The notes: a model not told the origin generated them from the sequence alone. A DNA stretch of 17,001 nt from an uncultured archaeon (GCA_964508365.1 CAZDTP010000051.1:14176-31176); one strand, 5' to 3'. Counted from the first letter of the stretch, positions 1 to 6,956 are shown. Program-made: numbers and translations.

Positions 1-2
1 TT

Positions 3-173
3 TCTATTACTAAGAATTTGGAATCAGAATATAATTCTTTAATAAAAGAGAAGGAAAAAATTTTACTCAATAATTTAAAAGCGATTGAAAAAGAAAGGAA
101 AACTAAAACTAAAGATATCGATAGCAAAATAAAAACTCTAGAAAAAGAGTTGAAATCGAGCGAAAAAAAATAA
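3..173 (+). CDS. 3' end of a gene running in from the left edge; Lys/Glu-rich predicted coiled-coil C-terminus
   Basis: Open frame from base 3: SITKNLESEYNSLIKEKEKILLNNLKAIEKERKTKTKDIDSKIKTLEKELKSSEKK, TAA at 171-173. Not in the ORF track because the start lies outside the window. Confidence 0.7.
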   Translation, partial: SITKNLESEYNSLIKEKEKILLNNLKAIEKERKTKTKDIDSKIKTLEKELKSSEKK

Positions 174-298
174 AACTTTAGGGATATCATCCTAAATTAC
201 CAATATCATAATTATAATTAAAATCATAAATTATTATGGCAGATATTATAGAAATCAAAATACTAGAAAAAGAATTGAAAACAAGTGAAAAAAAATAA
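126..298 (+). repeat. Diverged 48-bp direct repeat (126-173 and 251-298) encoding the same C-terminal peptide
   Basis: KIKTLEKELKSSEKK* versus EIKILEKELKTSEKK*; 40/48 nt identical by hand, both copies ending in TAA. Confidence 0.8.
236..298 (+). pseudogene. 20-codon mini-ORF or orphan 3' fragment of the upstream gene
   Basis: ATG at 236: MADIIEIKILEKELKTSEKK*. The last 15 codons parallel the end of the ORF at 3-173. Confidence 0.5.
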
Positions 299-407
299 GC
301 TGGGAGAGACAAAAGAGATCGAACAAATAATTAAGAAAGAAATACATAAACTACCCAATTTAGAAGAGCATACCTGAGGAGGAAGCGATCATCTTTCTTA
401 CAGATCT

Positions 408-602
408 ATGAGTAAATTTAAGTTAGGAAAACTAAAGAAAACAAAATGTCAAGAAGATTTAACTTTTGAAGTTGTTTGTACGTATGACATTTACACTGAA
501 ACGGAATTTATGCATTCTCCAGATATGGACGAACTCTATACGGAGCATTATAAAGACAAGTTTATTCTAAAACTAATAAAAAAAAGAAATTTGAGAAGAT
601 AA
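408..602 (+). CDS. Hypothetical small protein, 64 aa
   Basis: ORF track; ATG start; converges on the next gene with a 4-bp gap; no recognisable motif. Confidence 0.45.
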   Translation: MSKFKLGKLKKTKCQEDLTFEVVCTYDIYTETEFMHSPDMDELYTEHYKDKFILKLIKKRNLRR

Positions 603-606
603 AATC

Positions 607-1182
607 TTATTGATTATATTCAATGGAGAGTTGGTTAAATGATTGTGAGTTAGATATTGCAAATGATGTATCACCAGTACAATAAGCTCTTATTAAAAAA
701 TTATCTAAACCGGTACTTTTTACAAATACTGATGATTCTACTTGATAATTTGACGAAGTAGGAAGTCCAATTTTAGCAATGCAATGATTAATTGAATTAT
801 TTCTATATAGATAAAACCAATATGTTCCACCACCAGGAACAAGATCATTCACATATAAAAGAAGTGTTAATTTATAAAAACCCTCCTTTAATAGCTTAAA
901 ATTCGTATTATTGTTACTGACGGAGATATAATTAGAATCATTATACTGATTATTATCGAATTCTAATCGCCAAGTAGCATCAGTATCATATGGTGCGTAT
1001 TCTTTATTCTTTGCGAGATCATCCCACAATCCCACGAGAATCAGTCCACCGTCTGGTGGATCTGGAGGCGTGGGTTCAGGAGCAACAAAAATCTCATTTT
1101 TGATGAACAAATATCCACTAAGTCCTAAAGCGGCAATTGCGATGATCCCTAAGAGAACCATCGCACCTTTTCTTCCACTCAA
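607..1182 (-). CDS. N-terminally membrane-anchored protein with Pro-rich linker and probable C1q/TNF-like beta-sandwich head
   Basis: TTG start with a GGTGA RBS about 10 nt upstream (plus strand tcacc near 1193-1197); hydrophobic residues 7-28; PEPTPPDPPDGG linker; LEFDNNQYN...FKLLKEGFYKLTL...WFYLYRN resembles the gC1q pattern (fold call is inference). Confidence 0.75.
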   Translation of the reverse strand: MSGRKGAMVLLGIIAIAALGLSGYLFIKNEIFVAPEPTPPDPPDGGLILVGLWDDLAKNKEYAPYDTDATWRLEFDNNQYNDSNYISVSNNNTNFKLLKEGFYKLTLLLYVNDLVPGGGTYWFYLYRNNSINHCIAKIGLPTSSNYQVESSVFVKSTGLDNFLIRAYCTGDTSFAISNSQSFNQLSIEYNQ

Positions 1183-1250
1183 GTTTTACTTTTCACCTTT
1201 TACTCTATTAATCTTTTTCTCTTTAAAATTAAAGTTATAGATACTACTGT

Positions 1251-1276
1251 TTATTCATAATAATTATTCATAATAA
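1251..1276. promoter_or_regulatory. Perfect tandem 13-bp repeat of a dyad, TTATT-CAT-AATAA x2, in a divergent promoter region
   Basis: ttattcataataa at 1251-1263 and 1264-1276; each copy has TTATT/AATAA inverted arms. The regulatory role is inferred. Confidence 0.4.
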
Positions 1277-1433
1277 TAATATTACTGAATTTCAATAGAG
1301 TAATTGGTATAGTAATTATTAAAAATAGTTGATCCTATTGCCTTATCTCTCTTAAAAATAAATTTAAATTTTTGTGATTATACTACAATATAATTAAAAA
1401 TTTTATTAAAAACTGAAAATAACGTGAGTAAAT

Positions 1434-1949
1434 ATGGGTAAGGGAAACGGATTGGCAATTTTTGCTTTACTAATTGGCCTTGGAGGTCTTGGTTTGGGTA
1501 TTTATTCAGCATTTATTTTACCAAATACAATTATAGCACAGACTACTAACCCTTCTGAAATTGTGCAAATTTGGACCAAAGAACAGCCTGCTGTCTATTA
1601 TACCACTAGCAGTTATGTTGAAGTTCCAGATATGGATATAACAATCACCGTGAACGCTGGAGAATCTGTTATGATAATATTTAATGGGCAATTTTATGGT
1701 TCACCTGGACTACTTTATGGTGGAGTGCGATTTATGAGAGATAACGTCCTAATACCAAATTCCTTGAGAGATTTTAGTATTGAAACAACTGGCGTTGTAA
1801 TTACAGCCAATAGTATAACGGCGCATATTTTAATTGATAATTTAGTAGCAGGAACCTATGAAATTGAACTACAAGCATATGGTGGTAATGGTGCACCCAA
1901 TAACGACCGCCTCGATGACGGATTATTAATTATATATACCTTTATTTAA
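1434..1949 (+). CDS. N-terminally membrane-anchored protein with a beta-rich (BclA-CTD/C1q-like jelly-roll) ectodomain
   Basis: Gly-rich TM segment GLAIFALLIGLGGLGLGIYSAFI; alternating beta-strand pattern ITITVNAGESVMIIFNG...LVAGTYEIELQA. Confidence 0.75.
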   Translation: MGKGNGLAIFALLIGLGGLGLGIYSAFILPNTIIAQTTNPSEIVQIWTKEQPAVYYTTSSYVEVPDMDITITVNAGESVMIIFNGQFYGSPGLLYGGVRFMRDNVLIPNSLRDFSIETTGVVITANSITAHILIDNLVAGTYEIELQAYGGNGAPNNDRLDDGLLIIYTFI

Positions 1950-1976
1950 TTCTTTTTTTTTATTTTCTTATTTTTC
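1950..1976 (+). terminator. Oligo-T archaeal terminator
   Basis: T9 run and further T tracts immediately after the stop at 1949. Confidence 0.6.
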
Positions 1977-1991
1977 CTTAATATTACATTT

Positions 1992-2004
1992 GACAAATTA
2001 TAAT
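1992..2004 (+). promoter_or_regulatory. Candidate BRE/TATA element for radA
   Basis: gacaaaTTATAAt about 30 nt upstream of the ATG at 2032. The region is AT-rich, so this is tentative. Confidence 0.35.
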
Positions 2005-2031
2005 TTTTTTCTTTATAAGTAAACAATTCTA

Positions 2032-3324
2032 ATGAGAAGTAATCTCAAATTACAAATAGGAGTTGATATCGGAAAAATTTCAGATTTAGATCAGGTAAAG
2101 TCGATCAACGCTCGACAAATTAAACTCCTTCAAGAAAGTGGAATTAGCACGGCAGAAGCCCTTGCGATGTCTCCGCACAATATCATAGGGGAGATAGACG
2201 GTTTAGGGGACAAAACAGCGAAGAAATTAATTTGGAACGCTCGAAACGCACTTGGAATGACCGAGTTCGTAGCAGCGGAAGACATAGACGAGAACACCGA
2301 GTACATTACGACCGGTTCTTCTGAGTTAAACAGAATATTGGGCGGTGGATTCCAAACAGGAAAACTCACTGAGGTATATGGCCCGTTTAAAAGCGGAAAA
2401 ACAAATTTAGCTCATACAATTGCTGTGACCATTCAGCTTTCGAAGAAAAAAGGCGGTCTTGGGTCGGCAGTAGCCTATATAGATACCGAAAACACCTTTT
2501 CGAAAGAAAAGATTAAACGGATCGCAAAAAGGTTCGGACTCGACCCAAAGAAAGTCTTATCGCAGATTTTTCACGCCAGAATTTATTCTTCTGACCACCA
2601 GATGCAGATGATTCAAAAGGCAGAAACTTTATGTAAAACAAGGAATGTGCGACTTATTGTAGTGGACAGCTTAATGGCTTTGTTAAGGGCTGAATATGTT
2701 GGCATTGGAATGCTCGCCCGCCGTCAGGGAATTCTCAACAACATGATACATGGGCTTTCGCGGGTTGCAGAGACTTACAATTGCGCCATTCTTCTAACCA
2801 ATCAAGTTTCGACCAAGATGATGGGTATGTTTTCAGCGGACGACGCGATTGGCGGAAACATCGTGGCACATGGCTGTCACTTTCGTGTCATGTTTAAAAC
2901 TAAAGGGTTCTCGTCCAATAATTCGTTAAAGCGGAGAGCGATAATAGTAGACGCCCCTGATTTGCCACCAGAAGAAGCAGAGTTCTATATTACGAGCGTA
3001 GGCATTGCCGACACCGAAAAAGGAGAAATTCCCGAAGCAAAAGGGTTAGATTTCGAAGTAGAAGAGCTATACGAAAAAGAAGAAAATGAAGAGATTCAGG
3101 TAGACGAAATTACCGAAGATGCAACTAATTCAGAGGAATATTCTTTAGTAGATGTGAAGGGGATCGGGGATGGCACCGCAAAAAATCTTGTTAAAAACGG
3201 TATAATATCGATCCAAGACTTGCTAAATTCCGATCCTGAGACGCTCGCCACTAAGATTAGCGGAATCTCTTCTAAAATGATTAATGAATGGCAAGCGAAC
3301 GCGAAAGCTCTTTTAATCGCTTAA
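2032..3324 (+). CDS. radA: RadA/Rad51-family recombinase (probable paralog) with an acidic linker and an extra C-terminal HhH domain
   Basis: N-terminal HhH domain, FxxA motif (FVAA), ITTGS...LGGG, Walker A GPFKSGKT, YIDTENTF, Walker B LIVVDS, LARRQ, TNQV, GGNIVAH, DAPDLP. About 100 extra C-terminal residues. Confidence 0.93.
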   Translation: MRSNLKLQIGVDIGKISDLDQVKSINARQIKLLQESGISTAEALAMSPHNIIGEIDGLGDKTAKKLIWNARNALGMTEFVAAEDIDENTEYITTGSSELNRILGGGFQTGKLTEVYGPFKSGKTNLAHTIAVTIQLSKKKGGLGSAVAYIDTENTFSKEKIKRIAKRFGLDPKKVLSQIFHARIYSSDHQMQMIQKAETLCKTRNVRLIVVDSLMALLRAEYVGIGMLARRQGILNNMIHGLSRVAETYNCAILLTNQVSTKMMGMFSADDAIGGNIVAHGCHFRVMFKTKGFSSNNSLKRRAIIVDAPDLPPEEAEFYITSVGIADTEKGEIPEAKGLDFEVEELYEKEENEEIQVDEITEDATNSEEYSLVDVKGIGDGTAKNLVKNGIISIQDLLNSDPETLATKISGISSKMINEWQANAKALLIA

Positions 3325-3328
3325 ATCC

Positions 3329-3370
3329 TTATTTTTTTTCTTTTTTTTTTTATTTACTCTTTTTTGTTTT
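3329..3370 (+). terminator. Long oligo-T terminator after radA
   Basis: T8 and T11 runs directly after the stop at 3324. Confidence 0.65.
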
Positions 3371-3489
3371 AAGTTCAATCTTTTGCGAGGAAAAAATGAA
3401 ATATTGTCAGTCTATTACTGTTAAAATATAAAAGCCTATTCATTATTCAACTCTTTTATTATATTATCTGCAATACTTGCAAAAAAAGT

Positions 3490-3609
3490 TTAAATTTCCT
3501 TAATTCTTGTGAAAAAGTCTTTTGAAGGAGTTATATCTGCTTTTGTTAAGACTTCAGCACATTGAGATCCGGAGGGTCCCGCTCCTGATATTATCACATC
3601 ATGCATCAT
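3490..3609 (-). pseudogene. Remnant of an FAD-dependent oxidoreductase (geranylgeranyl-reductase-like N-terminus)
   Basis: Hand translation MMHDVIISGAGPSGSQCAEVLTKADITPSKDFFTRIKEI*. DVIISGAGPSG is the beta1-GxGxxG dinucleotide-binding start; the frame stops after 39 codons. Confidence 0.75.
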
Positions 3610-3814
3610 TAACACATTTCAAAATTATTTATGTTAAAAAATTTATTTGAGAAAGATTTATTATTTTCTTACCAATTTGATTGCTTCAGAAATTTCTACT
3701 AATGGCTTCGCAATTAATAAGAAATTAGGTTAGTATTCTATATATATGTTTCACACTAAGAGAGAACAGATCAATTAAGAAATTAATTGATTTGTATTTT
3801 TTATAAGGTTATTA

Positions 3815-3988
3815 CTACTCCTTTTTTTTCATGTTCTCCGACTTCCAGAGCTTCAAATAGATTTTGAAAAAATTGTGCGGAAGACCGATAGAGTTAATTA
3901 TTCTCGTATTTTTTGGCTCGTTTACCTTCTTAGCTTTCTTTTTATTAAAATTTTGTTCCCAATCGTAATATGATATCGGTTCTTCCAT
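3815..3988 (-). CDS. Small basic hypothetical protein, 57 aa (below the ORF-track cutoff)
   Basis: MEEPISYYDWEQNFNKKKAKKVNEPKNTRIINSIGLPHNFFKIYLKLWKSENMKKKE followed by TAG TAA TAA; purine-rich AAGAGGAAG upstream; more GC-rich than the flanking spacer. Confidence 0.55.
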   Translation of the reverse strand: MEEPISYYDWEQNFNKKKAKKVNEPKNTRIINSIGLPHNFFKIYLKLWKSENMKKKE

Positions 3989-4372
3989 ACAACACGAAAT
4001 TATATTCTTCCTCTTAAACTATGAGACCACTTTAGATTAGAAATTTTTCCCGAAGTAAATTGATCGATTTGGAGCAAAAATCGTCGAAATTCAGTCGCTT
4101 AATTTGAATATTTATTATTTTAATTTTGTAATTTATGCGATAATTGCCAATTAATTCCAATTATTATTGTACTTACAGTTATAATTATCAAATCTTAATT
4201 TATAAAATTATATAAATAAAACTAAATTTTAATGAAAATTAAAAAATATCCTTCAAATTTAATTTTTTTTTTCATTGAATTAGGTGCAACTAGATTTAAA
4301 TATGATAATTACTTAGTTAATATTTAGAATTGGAATAGATATGAACATAAACAAATTTTTAGGGTGATTTAA

Positions 4373-4933
4373 ATGGAATTTCTTCCTATGTTAGAGTTTG
4401 GTTGGTTGAATGGTTGGTTATTACTTGTTATATTTTTCGGCATTTTTGGTATAATAGTCTTGACAAGTCCTAAAGAGGTCATCGCAAGGCTTTATGAGGA
4501 AGAAGAATGGAAAAAAAGAGGAATTCTCCTTAAAATAGCTGGATGGTGTGGAGCATTATTTTTATTCCTTCTATTTATACTTACTCCGCTAAACATTGGA
4601 TCAATTGAATTTTTAATTGGGATAATATTATTCTCTATTGGTACAGTAGGGATGGCAGTGGCACTCGTAAATTTTAAAAATGCGCCTTTAAATAAGCCAA
4701 TAGCATCTGGGTTATATCGAATATCTCGAAATCCTCAGATGTTGACTATCTATGTCGCATTTTTAGGGATTTGTTTAGCGATTGGATCAGGGATTGTACT
4801 AATATTACTTAGTATTTCTATAGTTGGTGGCCATTTTCGCATTCTAAGTTAGGAGAGAAAGCTTTTAAGGCAATACGGCGAATCTTACGAATTGTACAAA
4901 AAGAAAATAGCGAGATATTTTTTATTCTTCTAA
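4373..4933 (+). pseudogene. ICMT/PEMT-family integral-membrane methyltransferase interrupted by an in-frame TAG at 4850-4852
   Basis: GGTGA RBS at about 4364-4368; several TM helices; GLYRISRNPQ motif; the frame continues past TAG as ERKLLRQYGESYELYKKKIARYFLFF* (TAA 4931-4933), matching the family tail EE..L...yGe.Y..Y....R. Confidence 0.85.
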
Positions 4934-4962
4934 TAAGAAAATTTCTTTCGGTCTCATATATT

Positions 4963-4978
4963 AAGAAAAAAAAAGAAT
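4963..4978 (-). terminator. Oligo-T terminator for the minus-strand 350-aa gene
   Basis: Plus-strand A run just beyond the stop at 4988. Confidence 0.45.
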
Positions 4979-4987
4979 AGAATGTAG

Positions 4988-6040
4988 TTAATTAGTTCGC
5001 AGGCTAACAGAATCTTTTTTTCGCCTAACCGCTCCAAAAACTACTAGAATAGATAGTATTCCTCCGGCAGAAAGACCAAAAGCAAGCGTCCATTCCATCG
5101 GTACGTAATAATATCCGCTCGTAGTTTCGTTAGTAATTGGATCGGTTCCGTTGTTAGGGTCAGGGTCGGGAATAGTTCCGTTATTAACAGTGCTAATTTG
5201 ATAATCTTCTGCTATAGCGTAGGCAATGTTTGCTACTTCGACCTGGCAATGAATCGTAATTTTTACCGAGTAAATTCCCTCAATAGATGTTCCAAAGTCA
5301 AAATGCATCATCGTTCCAACGTTTCCTATTGTTTCGTTTTGGTAGATCGTAAACTTAATTTCTTCAGGATCGGTTACTTCATATTCCACCTTTACTTCAT
5401 TTGCAACAGTTAGGCCACCAATAGCCGAGACTCTTGCGAGGTAAAACTTGTAAGACCAATCGATTTTAAGAACGGTGTTATGCTCAATCACCATCCCGCT
5501 GGTGAATTTATTAACCTGATATAGCTCCAATCGTTCTAGATATTTTAACGCTATCATATCGTATAAGCACTTATCTTGCGAGTCGAACGATATTTTTACA
5601 TGTAAGTTCAAATTAAGCGCACATTCAACGGAAAAGATAAAACTATAATTCCCCGCAATTGCTGTACCAAATGGAATTTCGAACCAATCGTCGTCTTGAG
5701 AAATGTTCACTTCCGTTTTGAACACTTCGTACACGTCCAGTACCGGATCGATGATGGTCACGTTGATTTCGCAATTGTGAGGAGTAACAATCTCAAGTAA
5801 CACATAATAATTGACCTTTTCGATCAGATATAAGTCGTCGAATTGTAAGGTGTCATTAGGAGCCAGAAAGGTAAATACTTTGTCGACTAAATTTACTTCG
5901 GAGCTTGTTTTTGGTATTTCTCCAGAACCAAGAACCTTAGGAATTCGAGAATTATCTCCTAATAACCCAACAATAAGTCCTCCTATCAATAAAAAACTGA
6001 TAATTACGACTTTTTTAGTATTATACTTGCTAATAGCCAT
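4988..6040 (-). CDS. Secreted or surface protein with two beta-sandwich-like repeats and a C-terminal TM anchor, 350 aa
   Basis: N-terminal hydrophobic segment; internal repeat IIDP...IPFGTAIAGNYSF / VTDP...FDFGTSIEGIYSV; DPDP linker; TM followed by RRKK. Confidence 0.8.
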   Translation of the reverse strand: MAISKYNTKKVVIISFLLIGGLIVGLLGDNSRIPKVLGSGEIPKTSSEVNLVDKVFTFLAPNDTLQFDDLYLIEKVNYYVLLEIVTPHNCEINVTIIDPVLDVYEVFKTEVNISQDDDWFEIPFGTAIAGNYSFIFSVECALNLNLHVKISFDSQDKCLYDMIALKYLERLELYQVNKFTSGMVIEHNTVLKIDWSYKFYLARVSAIGGLTVANEVKVEYEVTDPEEIKFTIYQNETIGNVGTMMHFDFGTSIEGIYSVKITIHCQVEVANIAYAIAEDYQISTVNNGTIPDPDPNNGTDPITNETTSGYYYVPMEWTLAFGLSAGGILSILVVFGAVRRKKDSVSLRTN

Positions 6041-6296
6041 ACACCTGCAATTCTTTGAATTCAGAGATTAGTAATTTCACCTTCGAACAAATGTCGTAGT
6101 CTATACAACTAAAGCATGGCTGGTCCGACCAAAAATACGCGGGTTGATTCATCCTCTCCACGATTAAAAGCGGAAAGCTACTTTTTGGGCATTCTAACGC
6201 AGAATTACTAATCTTTCCCTTCTTCGGGATCGGATACGAAACACCACAAGCATCGCATTTCACGAATCGCTTGTAGTTATTTGTCTTGTACATCAT
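6030..6296 (-). CDS. Small Cys-rich metal-binding protein, 88 aa
   Basis: Six Cys: CDAC, ECPK, CFSCIDYDIC. Overlaps the start of the downstream gene by 11 nt, consistent with translational coupling. Confidence 0.75.
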   Translation of the reverse strand: MMYKTNNYKRFVKCDACGVSYPIPKKGKISNSALECPKSSFPLLIVERMNQPAYFWSDQPCFSCIDYDICSKVKLLISEFKELQVYGY

Positions 6297-6516
6297 TAAT
6301 GAGCACTGGCAAGATGGGCAAGTGCCTATTTCCTCAATCTGTTTCAGTTAAAACACCGTAAATTTATTTTTACTTTATGGTAAAAATCGATACTTATAAA
6401 GGAAAAAGCATTTTTTAAAAAAAAATTAGTAATTACGGGAACTGATCTCACTTAAAAGGTACGGAATTATTTTCTAACCTTGCAATTCTCTGAAAACGCC
6501 CTAATTTATTTTTTTT

Positions 6517-6547
6517 GGAAGGTTAGGATTATAATTCCTATCCTTTC
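6517..6547. promoter_or_regulatory. Imperfect inverted repeat (12-bp arms, TTATAAT spacer); possible operator or RNA hairpin
   Basis: ggaaggttagga-ttataat-tcctatcctttc; arms match 10/12; followed by a T tract on the plus strand. Confidence 0.4.
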
Positions 6548-6716
6548 TTTTTAATTAAACAAATTCTAATACTAAAAATATCATGTATTAAACAATATCA
6601 CATTTATGGTATAGTAAAAAAAGGTTTTTTTACCCTTATAACAGTCCGCAACTATCATCATAAAATTAATAGATTAGTTTTTTTCTTTAAAAATACAAGA
6701 ATAATATTCCACTATT

Positions 6717-6941
6717 ATGGTATTATTCGATTATTTTGAAGATGTGCTTGGAGGATTCGAGTTTTGGATTGCCTTTGGCTCGCTCGTGGGAATCTTTGGA
6801 CTCTTAATCGGTATTATATTAGTAATATGGGGCGGAAGTCGGCTTCGCTACAAGATGCTAGGAGTTATAATCGCTTCATTTGTGTTGATTGCGATTTGCG
6901 GGTTCGATACCGGTTTCAAGTACTTCAGGATTTTTAGATAA
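6717..6941 (+). CDS. Small two-TM membrane protein, 74 aa
   Basis: Two hydrophobic helices joined by a basic loop (SRLRYK). Confidence 0.75.
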   Translation: MVLFDYFEDVLGGFEFWIAFGSLVGIFGLLIGIILVIWGGSRLRYKMLGVIIASFVLIAICGFDTGFKYFRIFR

Positions 6942-6956
6942 AAAAATATTTTTCTT

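Noticed and set aside
285-377. 30-codon GTG ORF reachable by a frameshift at the A8 run (288-295)
   Set aside because: No recognisable product or stimulatory structure; A runs are common in this sequence.
2130-2369. 79-aa minus-strand ORF
   Set aside because: Antisense shadow inside radA; no motif.
4373-4933. ICMT as a eukaryotic-signature prenylation gene
   Set aside because: The ICMT/PEMT family is widespread in prokaryotes, and nothing here points to CAAX processing.
5198-6071. 71-aa (5198-5413) and 86-aa (5811-6071) plus-strand ORFs
   Set aside because: Antisense to the 350-aa gene; no coding features of their own.
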